Origin: Felis catus
Lineage: Eukaryota
Assembly: GCF_018350175.1 (NCBI RefSeq)
Contig: NC_058368.1
Location: 54,376,001 to 54,440,000 of the forward strand
DNA: 64,000 bases
Direction of reading: 5' to 3'
Shown here: one piece after another, positions 1-13,100 of the stretch
How positions within the stretch are numbered: position 1 is the first letter of the stretch
Layout of the letters: each line of letters opens with the position of its first letter
The notes under the pieces: generated by a model
The model's database searches: none
Told to the model about the DNA's origin: nothing
The model's input: only the letters and a program-made list of their open reading frames with translations
Program-made: the position numbers and the translations under genes

Positions 1-1625
1 GGTCAGTTGGGATTTAATTTAAAAATTGCTTTACCTCTTCTCTCCTACTGTCCTATTGGGGGTCAAGGACAGGAAATACATGGAACCCAAGGCAATGATG
101 GTACAGGGCACTTTGTGATGTTCATGTGTGGATCCTGACACTAACAATTAAATAGTGATTTGCCTGGACTGTCTATGGTGTGTTTTTCACACACAAATCA
201 GTAGGAGATACAGACGACCTCAGGGTTTATGACTCTGACCATTTATCTTTGGTATTCTTTAACAAGGTGTATGAAAGAGACTTGCTCTGGAGTCTCAATC
301 CCTTACACATGAGAAATTAGGTCTTTGTGTTAGAAATAGACTTAATCCAAGGTGTCTAATTAATAAGAATCTGGTTTTGGTGATAATAGAAGATTTGTTT
401 CTCGGGTGAAGATGAATTCGCATTAAAATAGGTATAGCTGCAGTGTGTTTGTTTTGGATTTCATACTGGTGGTACCAGACAGATCTGAATGGTACAAAAT
501 GGTTGCTTAGATTCTATCCCTTGAGGTGGTTTTAGTTTCGTTTCGTTTCATTTCAATATCTGCTTGTTCCTCATCACTATCTTCACTAACTTATGGGAAC
601 AAAGAGGCAGCTTTGTCAGAAACAATTTATAAGCTTCAGTGTGGCACTTCTCAGAGAACCAATCCCACGATGTGCTCTCAAATAAGCTCTTGTTTATTTC
701 TTTATGAGTTTGGGGGGTTGGGTGAAGAGAAGGTGAAAGAACATAAGTAAAAAAAAATCAAAACTGAAGCCATAGTAATTCTCTTGGCTTGTCTCCAGGA
801 CATCCGGAGATGAGCTTTTTTGTGATGGTCTGTCTTGACTAAGGCCCCCAGTGGATGTTAGGTAGTAAATACTAAGATTTTGGCTGTATCATATGTGTTA
901 ACCACAGCAAGTGAGTTGAATTAGTTAACAAAGAAAGATGAAGGAAAACTCAGATACCTATCGCATGGAAGCTTTTCCATCAGATGAAGGAAAAACTTAA
1001 CTATACTACCACAAAACAAGGACTTATCCTCCATGGAAACATGGAGTCTGTTTTAAGAAGAGTAAGAAGGAAAACTACAGTTAGGAAATAACCTTCACAA
1101 CTCTGTAAGTAAACTAAAAACTATTGCTGAAGTTGTGGATATTGGGAAAAAACTCAGTGAGACACAGAATCATCTTTACACACAGGATTTGATGTAGTGA
1201 TCGAATGACAACCCATATGAAACAACAATAACAACAATAAACTCAGTGGTAAGATGTATTTGTTCTTTAAGTAAAGGAGAAAAGGATGTAGGTAAAAACC
1301 ATGTTGAAATTTATAAATACGACCCATTTAAAGAAGTCAGGAGATCAAAGCAAGGGCAGTCAAGCTTTTCTAATACAAGGATATGGCTTGCATAGAAGAA
1401 TATCTGCCATTAAATTACAACAGTTACCCAGGACCTAAAATTTGAGAAATGAAAAGATTTTAGGGAGAAGTGCAATTTATCCATGTTGCTCCACAGAGGA
1501 TGTGGATAATAGTTTTGGGAAATACAGGTCACAACTGAAAGTTGGGTAGTACAAATTTCCACTTTAAATATCTGTCCTAGGGATTCTCCAGATTGGGAAA
1601 TGTTTGGAAAGAAGATTAACTCAAA

Positions 1626-1819
1626 TAAAAGAAGAAGGAAGGAAGGAAGGAAGGAAGGAAGGAAGGAAGGAAGGGAGGAAGGGAGGGAGGGAAAAGAGAA
1701 AGAATGAGAGAAAAATAAAGAAAAAGAGAAAGAAAAGGAAAGAAAGAAAGGAGGGAGGAGAGGAGAGAAGGGGAGGAGAGGAGAGGAGAGAGGAAGGCAA
1801 AGGGAGGAAGAAAGAAAGA
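1626..1819 (+). repeat. Polypurine low-complexity tract with (GGAA)n/(GGGA)n/(GGAGA)n microsatellites
   Basis: ~190 nt almost entirely A/G; explains spurious ORFs 1410-1862, 1604-1876 and 1616-1825. Confidence 0.95.
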
Positions 1820-3786
1820 GTACAATTAAGATTCCAAACTTGTCTTCGTCCTTCACACCCAAATCACTGGTGCTGAGAGTCGGAAGTCCCTATGTTGCTC
1901 TGAAATTCACCTTAGAAGCACAAATGTGGGTTAATGATTCAAAGTTAAGCCCCTTTTATAACTCATTTATCCTATCATGCTGGTTGCCTTCCATCAAGAG
2001 CCAAAGAAAGTAACCAAAGATGGGTGAAAAACCAGAGGAAATTGAAAGGAAGGGACTCAAAAACTCAAGGAAGAGCTGACGTCATTCTCTCTTTCAAAAC
2101 TGTCATAATGCCAAGTTCAGGTTAAGGGTGAGAAGGAGGGCAGAATAACACAAAAACTTGGCTTTAATTTACCTTGTGAGAAATACAAATAACTTATTAA
2201 GAAGGTAATAGTGGGGCAGAGGTGAGGAGAGAGCCATGCCATGTAGGTGTTGGTAAGAAGAAATAAGGGAATATTTCCTAATAATTCATTATACATGGGT
2301 ACAATTTTAATTAAGCAGAATTATTAGAAACTTTTATTGGATTTACATTTTTATTAAATGTGGCTTTGGTAACCTGCAGGAATATTTTGCATATATTGGC
2401 ATAGATTTTTTGGTAGGATTTCAAAATTACTGTATGTGGCTTTTCATTAGCTACAGGCTTTTAAAGTTCCAAGTTATATTTGAAAACAAAGTAATATTTA
2501 AGGGAATTATTGATTTTTTAAACTGATACTGTGACAAAATAGAATTCCAGAAAAAACGTAAAGTAAAAAATTTTATAAAGTAAAGACAAGGTGAAATACC
2601 TAACAGTGAAAGATTTAAAGAAGTGCAATGAAATCTAATGAATTTTGAGATAAGATTGAGCAAACCTGTGACATATCTTTCCAAAACTCCACCTTACCTT
2701 ATACCTAAATGCAGTCCAGACTGTTCAGATAGAGTTCTTACTCTACTTTCTCAATGTTCTCCAAATCCTTTTCATGTTCGCTCCCAACCATACCTGCATA
2801 TCCCCTAAACCATTATCATACTTTTATCCAACCTACTATTATTCAATGATTTCTACAAGCCAGTCATAATTCCAAATACTCGGTAATTTCCTGGTGAAAC
2901 TTGCGAGGCATAGAGGTAGAGTCTAATGAAATAGAAGCTGCCTTATGAAAACTGACTTATTAAAGCTGGAATATTATTTCGTCAAGATAAAACTGATATC
3001 TTCTGGTGAAGTAGATGGTAGAAATAAACCCTGTTAAAAAAAAAAGTAAAAGAATTAGATGCAGACAAGTTTGGGAATAATACATGGCATATGAATGGGT
3101 AGTATTTGAAGATCCTACTGGTTCTTTTTCATTTTTCATCTTCCTCTACCCTTCTGTAGCATTTTATCTATTGACCAAGGCCTTCTGTGACATGCACTTT
3201 TCCTTGGCTTCCCAGAAGAAACACTCTTCAACATCTTTGAATCCATTTCACCACTCATTCCATAACTCCTTAAATATATGCATTTATGCAAATCCTCTTC
3301 TCTCCCATAATCTCATTCAGCATTAGGATTTAACTAAAACTCCTGTAATTATCAGCAACTCTATTTTACTAGCATCGCAAATGGAAATGGGTGCATTATT
3401 AAATACCTCATTTTGCCAACCCTTTCTATCTCCATTCTTCTATTTATCCAGGCTCAATTTGAGAGCCTTAACTTTTTGCTGTTTGGCTCTCCAAAATTAA
3501 TTAGTTCAATTTTCACATGTTTAAGCATCTTTTAAAGTCTCTTAAAACTTCTCATCTCCAAAACCCAATGCTGGGCTGTCTTATTTGACCTATATTATTT
3601 CCGTATTTTAGGACTGGTTTCCCAACATCAGTTTCTCCCAGTGGCCAACATCTTCCTTTGCAATCCACTGTGTTTGGGCTTTTAAAGTACTTTTATTGAA
3701 GCCTATCTCGTGTCACCTCACTGCTCCCAAACAAACACAATCAGACTTCTTATGCTCCTTACATTCTAAATTAGAATTTTAAATAA

Positions 3787-3991
3787 ATTTTTAATGTTTT
3801 TTATTTTTGAGAAAGAGAGAGCATAAGAGGGGGAATGACAGAGAGCGAGAGGGGGAGACACAGAATCCAAAGCAGGCTCCAGACTCCAAGCTGTCAGCAC
3901 AGAGCCCGACGTGGGCTTGAACCCACGAACCATAAGATCATGACCTGAGTCGAAGTCAGACACTTAATTGACCGAGCCACCCACGTGCCCC
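3787..3991 (-). mobile_element. Can-SINE (feliform SINEC)
   Basis: Reverse complement of GGGGCAC..GGGTGGCTCGGTC head, tRNA-like body, (CT)n and A-rich tail. Confidence 0.93.
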
Positions 3992-4170
3992 GGAATGCAT
4001 TTATTGAGTAAGGAAAATTAGGTATAGCTGAAATAATGCAATTGATAGTATATTTCCAGGCACATAGATTAAAGAGACTGTTGAAGACTCTAGAAAGCAA
4101 ACTGCCACTACTGTGATTTCCATAGAGAAATGTTTTTTAAACTTCAAAAAAAAAATTATTTATGATAAGC

Positions 4171-4395
4171 TTTTTTTTTTTAATTTTTTTTTCAATGTTT
4201 ATTTATTTTTGGGACAGAGAGAGACAGAGCATGAACGGGGGAGGGGCAGAGAGAGAGGGAGACACAGAATCAGAAACAGGCTCCAGGCTCTGAGCCATCA
4301 GCCCAGAGCCTGACGCGGGGCTCGAACTCCCGGACCGCGAGATGGTGACCTGGCTGAAGTCGGACGCTTAACTGACTGCGCCACCCAGGCGCCCC
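4171..4395 (-). mobile_element. Young Can-SINE (SINEC_Fc-type), full length
   Basis: CpG-rich near-consensus body; perfect TSD TATGATAAGCTTTTT at 4161-4175 and 4396-4410; TT/AAAA L1 endonuclease site. Confidence 0.97.
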
Positions 4396-6078
4396 TATGA
4401 TAAGCTTTTTAATACAAATATTCCTAACTTGGATTCCTGACATGCAGCTGAGATACATAAAGGAGGAATTATTTTATTACAGCGGATTCTTTATTAAAAT
4501 AAAAAAACCTCACCAAAGTCTTCTAGAATCAAAAATTTGCTGAGACTATTAAGGATTTTACATGATTTCAAAAATGCTGTTTCCATCAAGCTTGTATTAA
4601 GTACAATATCTTTACCTCATTGTCAGTTTTGTAAGGTTCTAGTATCTATCTTAAATACAATTTTTTGAATTTCTGTGTCTTAGCCCATATTTAGAATTAG
4701 CTCTTTGCATATAAAAATAGACTAAAAAGGCAATTGTACCTTTTAAATCTTTAAAAAGTTTGATCTGACTTTCATTTAAAGTTGTGGCAAAAGTCAGAAT
4801 TAGTTCCCTTTTGGTACAAAGCTCTTACCACTTACCCATTTGTTATTTTTAATTTTTTTGCTTGTTTTCTTTGAGAATATCAGAAATATCAGGCATCATT
4901 TTTGTGAATAATTTTCCAGATGTTGCCCCACTAGTTATTGGTATAAATGCGTTTGCAGGAAAGTTTAATTGGTGCTGTTAATTCAACTCAGGATCCTGTT
5001 TATTTTCCTAATTGCTGCCAGACATTGAACGGGTGGCTAATATATTAGAAACCTCCTGTTTTCCTGAACCTTTGCCTTACCCACTGGCAATTTTGTTAGG
5101 GAGAAAAATCTGCTTTTCATTTATTTTCCCTACCTTGAAAGCACTTGCCTAAGCTCTGGCAACATTGTTTCTGAAGATAGCGCTTGAAAAACTCTCCCCT
5201 CTTGCATCTTTGGGTATGACCATACCACTTCATCCCATTTGTCACAAATGTGTGACTACTATTATTATTGTACGTGCATTATATAACAGCATTATTCTCA
5301 TGACAAAAGAAGTACTTTTGAGCTGAGTAATTTCACATTGTGAGATACTCACTATAAGCTGTGTACCAGGATAACAGAGAAGTAGTGCTGTCAGGGGCAA
5401 AGGGTCAGATGTGTGAAGGGGTCACAGTAACACCGCGGGAGGAGCGCTGGAGTGAGGAAGGCTCATAATGCCCTGTAGGATGGAGGAAACGGGGGAGGTC
5501 AGAGTGGCTCTCCAAAATGCTCCGACTCACAAAATTTAACAGTAAGATTTTTGTTCCATATTTTACTCTATAAATAACTGAGAAACCGTGTAAGAGAAAA
5601 CAACTTTGATACTTTTTTTTTTTTTGGCACATGCTATTTCTTTCTCATCATTTCAATGTTTTCTAATTTTGAAGTGGTCCCTTCAAAGAAAAAAAAAATA
5701 GTTCTCCCTTCTCCCTGCCTCTCACCCACTTTTGCTAGATAAATATCTTCGCCAAATACTTAATATGCCAACAGTGTTTTATTTCAAATACTCAAGATCT
5801 TTTATTGCTGTCTTTTTCATTCAGAAAAGGAAATAACACTGTAATTACCTACTGGGCTACCTGCTTTGTGTCTACCCAGTGAGACTGCACCATAAGTACA
5901 GTGTTTCCTCAGATTTCAGAAAGCTTGTTTCTCATTAGAAGAATTAAAAAAAAAATGATTAACATCACATTTGCTTTCTGCTGATTTCTTGCAATTTTGT
6001 CCTCTGGTCCTTTCCTGTTTTCTGGGACCCAATATACTCTTTCTACCTTTATTGTGAATTGATCAGTCACCTCTCCTT

Positions 6079-6151
6079 CCCAGTTAGTTCCCTTTCTTCT
6101 GACTATGTTAGTCTTCTTCACCCAGTTAGTTCCCTTTCTTCTGAGACTATG
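6079..6151 (+). repeat. Short direct duplication, period 42 bp
   Basis: CCCAGTTAGTTCCCTTTCTTCTGA identical at 6079-6102 and 6121-6144. Confidence 0.9.
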
Positions 6152-6467
6152 ACAATATTGCTCCCTTCTTATCGCTTATCGTGGTTCCGAAGAAAGATGT
6201 CCATTTACTATTGCTAAAAATCCCACAAACCAATCTTCTTTTCTAATATTTCCAGTTCTATGATCTTGGGAAAGTCACTTCGCCTGTATGGCACCTGGCA
6301 TTTTTATTTGTAAAGTCAAGGTTTCAACTATTTGACATCTAGAGTCCATTCTAAGTCTAAAGACCAATCTTTATCCTGTATTACCTGTCTCTTCCTATTT
6401 TTTTATGCACTCATTCTATGAGGCTAATATAATGATACTAACTTCAGTCAGAAATGCTGTCACTTTC

Positions 6468-6670
6468 GGGGTGCCTGGGAGGCTCAGTTGATTAAGGGTC
6501 CCTCTCTTGATTTCAACTCAGGTCATGATCAGGTTGTAAGATCAAGTCCTCCATCAGACTTCATACTCTGTGTGGAACCTGCTTGGGATTCCTTCTCTTC
6601 CTCCCTGTCCCTCCCACCCCCTTTCTTTCTCTTTCTTTCTCACTCTCAAAAACAAATAAACATTAAAAAA
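6468..6670 (+). mobile_element. Can-SINE, older subfamily
   Basis: GGGGTGCCTGGGAGGCTCAGTTG head, CT-rich segment, AAATAAACATTAAAAAA tail. Confidence 0.92.
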
Positions 6671-7729
6671 TAGCTAAATATTTAATGCCTAATTTAACCA
6701 GTGGCTTCTTAAATTAATATAGTGATAATTTATAACCAGCATTTCTTTTAAAAATATTTTTATTTGATATTTTTCTTAGTAAACATTGATTCTTTCACAT
6801 ATAACATTTCTAGCTGATGGAAATGAATAATTTATACTTTCCTAAGTTCCCTTCCCTCCTTTCTTATTTCTAAACTCTTGGTAGAATTCTACCCTTATTT
6901 CAGAAAATAATTTTTTTATAGGCCTCCTGTTTTTATTCATTGTGCTAATTAGATTTTCAGAGCCCTGTATTATTGTGTTATGATTTAATAAAAATATACA
7001 ATCTTTCTCTTAAACACACACACATATTATACAAGTCTTACAGAGACATATTCAGGTTGTGCTTTTATTTTTGCAACAGTAACAATCTTAATATAAAATA
7101 AATCACTTCCTTTCCCCTGCATATGTCAGTCCTTACCACTTGAGTCATTTTCTTCACACCCTTTCACTGTAGAAACAGATGTTATATGCCAACTGGAAGA
7201 AAACGTGCTAGCAGGCTTTGTAGACCACCTGGCTACCTGCACAGGGTTTTGCACTCCCATGGCCGCTTTTTCCACCTTTGTGATTCACTTAGCCTCGTTT
7301 CTTGTTCAGCTCTATAATAATTTCCAGCAGCCAAAGCCAATTGACTTTGTGCAGAGGAATTAAAGAGGGACGTGATGGATTATGTCACAGGACAACGAGC
7401 CATGTTGACCCTTCCCCATTAAACATTTAGTCCGAAGCCTGTTAAATACCTCGTATGTCAGTAGAGTTCCTCAAGGTTAAATATATATTTATAGATGCAA
7501 TTGGAAAATATTGCAAAGGAATAGGGTATCTCTGAAAATACTCTGTGAAATTTGTCTGTGATATATGCCCAACCTAATAAATAGAATCCAGGAAGAGAGC
7601 TGATTTCTACAGCACGGTTGATTGTGCTTTGTCTACACAACACGGACAGGATCCACAGCTTCTCCCTGGCAACATGAAGTTGGAATATGATTTTGTTTTC
7701 CCTCCACAAACACTTTCCTTTACTCATCT

Positions 7730-8010
7730 CTATTTCTATTAGGACATCTTCCCAGTTTCTAAAGCTCAAATCCTTAGGAATATCTGAATTCTTTCTCCTC
7801 TGTTTTCCATGTCCAATTAGTGGCCAGATACCGTGAAATCACTTTCATATCCTTTCTTACATGCATTGCTTTCCTGGAGTATGGTTGAAATACGGCTACT
7901 AATGTTCTAATTAGTAGTTCTCTGTCCAGTTGTGTGCCTATTCAGATACATATTGTACATTGATGCCACAATCTTCTCAAAGTTCAGTGCTGATATCGTT
8001 TTCTTCTTTG
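7730..8010 (+). mobile_element. L2 fragment (old)
   Basis: Resembles L2 3' region (CCCAGTTTCTAAAGCTCAAATCCTTAGGAATATC...CATGTCCAAT). Confidence 0.5.
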
Positions 8011-8019
8011 AGAATTATA

Positions 8020-8232
8020 GTAGCACAGACCAGAGTATCCAGGTGTTTGAGTTCTGACTCCATTATATGTGACTGTAGGCAAGTTACTTCAGCTCTTTGT
8101 GCCTCAGCTTCCCCTACTGCAATATAGGAATAATAACAGTGTTTCTCATAGAGTTTCTTAGGGGTAAATGAGTTGTTAGATTTAGAATACTTGGAGTGGT
8201 GCCTAGAACACACTGAACTTTAGATAAATCTT
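8020..8232 (+). mobile_element. MIR SINE
   Basis: Core GGCAAGTTACTTCAGCTCTTTGTGCCTCAGCTTCCC...GTGCCTAGAACAC. Confidence 0.85.
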
Positions 8233-10227
8233 TTCCAGTATTGTTTAAAAACTATCAATGGGTTCCTATTGGTTTTAGGGCACCTTAATGGGAGAGCCAA
8301 GATTCTGTGAGATCTATTCACATATTGTGCTTCAACATACAGTTTAGCATCTGGATGCGAGGAGGTACTGACTAAAGGTTAACTGTTTTTTAAGATACCT
8401 TTTAAGTGGTGGGTTGGACAATCGATGGAAAGATACAATGCTAATAAATACTTCTTTGGAATAGAGAGAAGAAAAAGCTAACTTGCTTGTTTTTTTTCCC
8501 CCTCTCATTATCTGCATACTATTGATTTTATTAGGAACTCTGTACTTATCATAATTTCACTGAAACATATTTCCAATCGTACATCACGGTTATTTCAAAT
8601 GTTTAGTTTTTTGCCTCTTCAACTGTACTGTGCTACCTTAAAGGGCCTGCACATATCATTGCCAGCAACAAACATACTGTGTAGCGTTATGCGCAGCATA
8701 GAATAAGTGTGCTGAGAAACTCATCACTAAATATTTGAGGAAGTAGCCATCGAAGTCACCTTGCTAATCACTTTTTACATACCTCTTCTAGGAAGTGGTT
8801 TCATGTATATTTCTTTGCAAGATGCAGTGGAGTTGATTGTGAAAGGTACTGAGTAAGGGGACTTATTTTTTTTCTTCCTCAGCAGGCATTAAAGCAAAAT
8901 TTGGGAGTGGGGATAGCATAATGACTATAATTTAAGCTACTGCACTGGTCCTTACGAAGTGTCTGTACATTTAACACTCCATATGGTAATTATAACTTCC
9001 CTAGAATGAGTCACGGTTGTTTATGCTTTCATAAATCAAGCAGCTGCAGCTGAGCAGACAGACTCCATATTAGCACTTCCTCCTAAGACCATGAATGTGC
9101 TTAAAAGATTTTTGCAAATTTCTCTTGAATTCAAGTTGTTTGTTAAAAGTGATAGTTTTATGAGACTGCCACATGGAAAATGTCCTTCATTCTCAGATTT
9201 TCCATTTGTGATATAAATCCACATGTAGTACCATTTTTAGAGAGGCATTAAATCTGATATAATAACCCCCAGCTGAGTTTGATAAAAGGAGACCTTAATT
9301 TACAGGTAAAGTATGGTTATATGAAATGACAGCTAGGGAAGTTATGAGTAAGACTTCGAAAAAAAATACACACTAACTGGTTGATAACTTATTTCCTGCA
9401 TTCAATCTTCTGACTATTCAGGGAAAATCCTCCTATAACAAATGCTAGCTGTCCAAGTACTTTCCTTAGCATAATTACACAGGCTATTTTGAAATTATAT
9501 TGAAATATATGGAATCTAAATATCTTTTATTAAAAATGTTAGATATCTTGAGGTGAATATCTAATAATGATACATACATAGAATATAACTGTGCTATCTT
9601 TGGTGAATTATTTTATACCTCAAGTTCAGTTTTATCAGCATGAAATGAGAATAGCCAATTCCATCATGAATGTTTAGACAAGAGAACTTGGAAAGAGAGG
9701 TAGCTGTGTATATCAGAAAACAAAAATTCCCATTAGGAGTAAAAGAAAGTATGGTCACAAAATTTTAACTCTGAGAGGATGTTTAGTAAATAGGCAATTA
9801 AATGATTTAGAAAATAGTCACCAAAATTGTTTCTTCTTCTCTTTCTTCTTCTCCCTTCCTCCTCCTGCTCCTTCTCTTCCTACTCCTTTTCCTTCATTTA
9901 TTTTAGCTAGAAAGGATATGAAATAATTAACAGAATAATTTCCCCTTATTTTAGATTTGCAAACTGAGAAGCATAGAGGATAAGTGAAATTTCTATGGTC
10001 ATCTTTTGACAAAAGATAAGACTGGGAATTTAAATTAGTTCTCCTGACTTCTTTTCATTGCTTCATTTCAAGACCTGGGGTCTACATTCTAGTATATTGC
10101 AGATGGAATAGATGAGTTCTCTGAGAAATTAATGAGATGGTGATCAGAAAAAATTAATGAAGGCAATGAGTAAAAATGTCAAATCGAATTATATTTTGTT
10201 ACTTCCTTTCTATAAAATAATATTCTA

Positions 10228-10430
10228 GGGGTGCTTGGGTGGCTCTGTTGGTTATGCCTCTGACTTCAGCTCATGATCTCATGGTTTGTGAGTTCGAGCC
10301 CTGCTGGGCTGACAGCTCGGAGCCTGGAGCCTGCTTCAGATTCTGTTTCCCTCTCTCTCTGACCCTCCCCTGCTTGCACTCTGTCTCTCTCTCTCTCAAA
10401 GAGAAACATTAAAAAATAAAAAAAATAATA
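10228..10430 (+). mobile_element. Can-SINE (first of tandem pair)
   Basis: GGGGTGCTTGGGTGGCTC head through A-rich tail. Confidence 0.93.
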
Positions 10431-10655
10431 GGAGAACCTGGGTGACTCAGTTGGTTAAGCATCTGACTTCGGCTCAGGTCATGATCTCATGGTTTGTGAG
10501 TTCAAGTCCCGCGTCAGGCTCTGTGCTGACAGCTCAAAGCCTGGAGCCTGCTTCGGATTCTGTGTCTCTCTCATTCTCTGCCCCTCCCTGTTCATGCTCT
10601 CTCTCTTTCTCTCTCTCAAAAGTAAATAAAAATCCTAAAAAAATTAAAAAAAATT
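10431..10655 (+). mobile_element. Can-SINE (second of tandem pair)
   Basis: GGAGAACCTGGGTGACTCAGTTGGTTAAGC head starting directly in the tail of the previous copy. Confidence 0.93.
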
Positions 10656-11754
10656 AAGCTAATATTCCATTTCTAAGATACATTAACTAGTTTTTATTTG
10701 ATCCATTCTTTTATGCTTTTGTATTTGCAAAATATATTAAAATTATCCAAATGTCCATACCAAGTGCTATGGTAAAAGCAAGTATGATACATTTTGATTG
10801 AATTAAGCATAGCATTTTCATTTCAGATTTTGGTTGTATGTCCTGCTCTGTAGTATTACACACAATTTTGAAACTCAAAAGATATGTCCTGCTTATTCTG
10901 AACATTGATTGAAAAGATAAACTGAATGACCTTTTCAGCATTGATATTCTGAACTGATTATAAAGTAAAAAGGTAAATGAAATAATTGCCTTTGGGAGTG
11001 AATAGTTTTTGAGGAACTACTTTAAGGCAAAAGAGAACTTACTGGAACACTCTCTCCTTTGTACTAAAAGAAGGGTTTCCTGCCTTCACAGCATGAGTCA
11101 CCATCCGGGGTGCTGATGTGGCTTCTCATCAGTTTTCTCTTGCCTCTTCTCAGTCCTGCCACTTAGTATAGATTCTGGGCTTCCCACATCCTCACCAAGA
11201 AGCATATAAAAACTCTCGGGCTGAAGATTATTCTCTCTGATTGAAGGATTGTTTAGTAATCCAGACCGTTTTTGTTATTGCTACTTCAAATCTATTCTTC
11301 TGTTTGTTTTGCCTTGTCCTTTTCCACTTATTTGAAACGTTCTTTCCCCACTGACACTGAAACGACCTTCTTGTCCTACCTTCTGGTTTCCATGTGTATC
11401 TATTTGTTCACGTTATGCCTCCCTTCTGGGCTTCGTTTTCCCTGACCCTCTAGCTGCATGTGTTTATCCATATCTAATTTTGACTCAGATTTGTTATGAA
11501 TAACCCTCCTTGTCTACCTCGACTAAGCTTCTCCAATCCTTGCCTTAAATGCACAACTGGCTGCATTCTATGGTTTAGCAGAAAATTATTAAGTATATTT
11601 TTTCAAGAGATTGAAGAAATTTTCAAAAATATTTTATAATTATAATATACATTACATTATTTGTATATTTTATATTTTGTTATCATAATAGTATATACTG
11701 CAATCATTTTACAATGGCATAAAAATTTAGCAGCTTGTCTTAAAAAACATCAGT

Positions 11755-11990
11755 GATTTATTGAGCATTTATATGTCAGGCACAGCACAGTTTGGTTTTT
11801 TTTTTTTTTACGTATGTTGTTTCTTTCATTCTTTATAATATGACTTGTAGATATCAAGAGCTCAATGTTTTAAAGTAGTATGCTGAAAGTGGGAGAGGCT
11901 AAATTGTTTAGCTTAGTTTTCAGTTATTGAGCAGCGGTTGAGGATTTGGACGCAAGCGCACTGGACTGAAAGTTGTACGTAGTTCCATAA
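11755..11990 (-). mobile_element. MIR SINE (degenerate)
   Basis: ATTTATTGAGCATTTATATGTCAGGCAC start and GAGGATTTGGACGCAAG...CTGACT-like end resemble reverse MIR. Confidence 0.6.
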
Positions 11991-12981
11991 CTATTCATGT
12001 GGGTTTTAGTCTAACCTTACAGGGTAAATTCATAGATCCAGCTATTGTGCCTCATCTGAGACACTGTATTACTGAACTTTGGTATTTTAATGGATCACTG
12101 TATCTTTTGGCCTGATCATTAGGTGGCTGTTAGAACATCTTGTGGACACTATTCATTAATGATGCCATGTGTAGATTAGTCTGCATTCCAAATATTCACT
12201 TGGATGTATTGATACTCAGCTATGTATAAACTGGGCTCTGGCTGTTTTCCATATTGCACTGACAGAACCAGAGCAGATCACTGCTCATTTCTGGATTTGC
12301 TTTTGATCAAGCGTTTTAGGCTGGAGTTTCATAAATTCATGGGTTACTGGTATTCTTTGAATCACCTGAAAAAAATGCATATGTGTGTGTGTATTGTGTG
12401 TGAATTTTTAAATAGATATATTTACCTATAGATATATTCATTTATCTATATAAATATGTATTCATATTAATATATTCTTTTCATTGATATATTCATCCAA
12501 ATCTCAAAGTGGTTTGAGTTCGTAGACTTAGATCCAATAGGCCAATGTTCAAAAATCCACTATTAAGTATAAATCAATTCCATCATTATGTTCTTTAAGT
12601 ATAATCAGACAGCAATGAATTTACTAAAATATAATATTACTTAGTTGCCCTTTTCTTCTTAACATGTGATTATACAATGAACTCTTGAAGTAGTTGACTT
12701 TGGAATATTTATGTGAACGTTAGTCCTCTCACATCAATCCAGGAACCTTGGTTAGAAAGGAAATGAGATTCTGTAACTATAAGAAAGATACCCTTTCTGC
12801 CTCCTGTACAGCTAGACCAGGATGGTGTTCTGTCAGCTCACTTAATCAGGTCCTCCCAGGTATTTATAATAATCTCAGCCTCAGATCTTAGAATGAGCAA
12901 CAGAAATTTCAGAATTTGGTTTGTCAGTAGATGCCAAAGAATATAGAATTATTCTATAGAAAGAGAACACAATATGTTCTA

Positions 12982-13100
12982 TAGAATATATATATATTTG
13001 AATATATATAATATATATAATATATATAATATATAATATATATAATATATATAAATAAATATATATATATAATATATAGAGAGAGACATACATATATATT
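12982..13100. repeat. (TA)n-rich low-complexity tract
   Basis: Degenerate TATA/TATAA repeats. Confidence 0.92.

Noticed and set aside
1410..1876. Hydrophobic and charged ORFs resembling membrane or basic proteins
   Set aside because: Artefacts of the purine/pyrimidine microsatellite.
850..2780. Ancient L1/HAL1-like coding remnants
   Set aside because: A-rich with faint motif resemblance only; family and boundaries cannot be supported without a search.
5370..5635. Possible hAT DNA transposon fragment (also 26550-26802)
   Set aside because: No terminal inverted repeats or TSD could be verified by eye.
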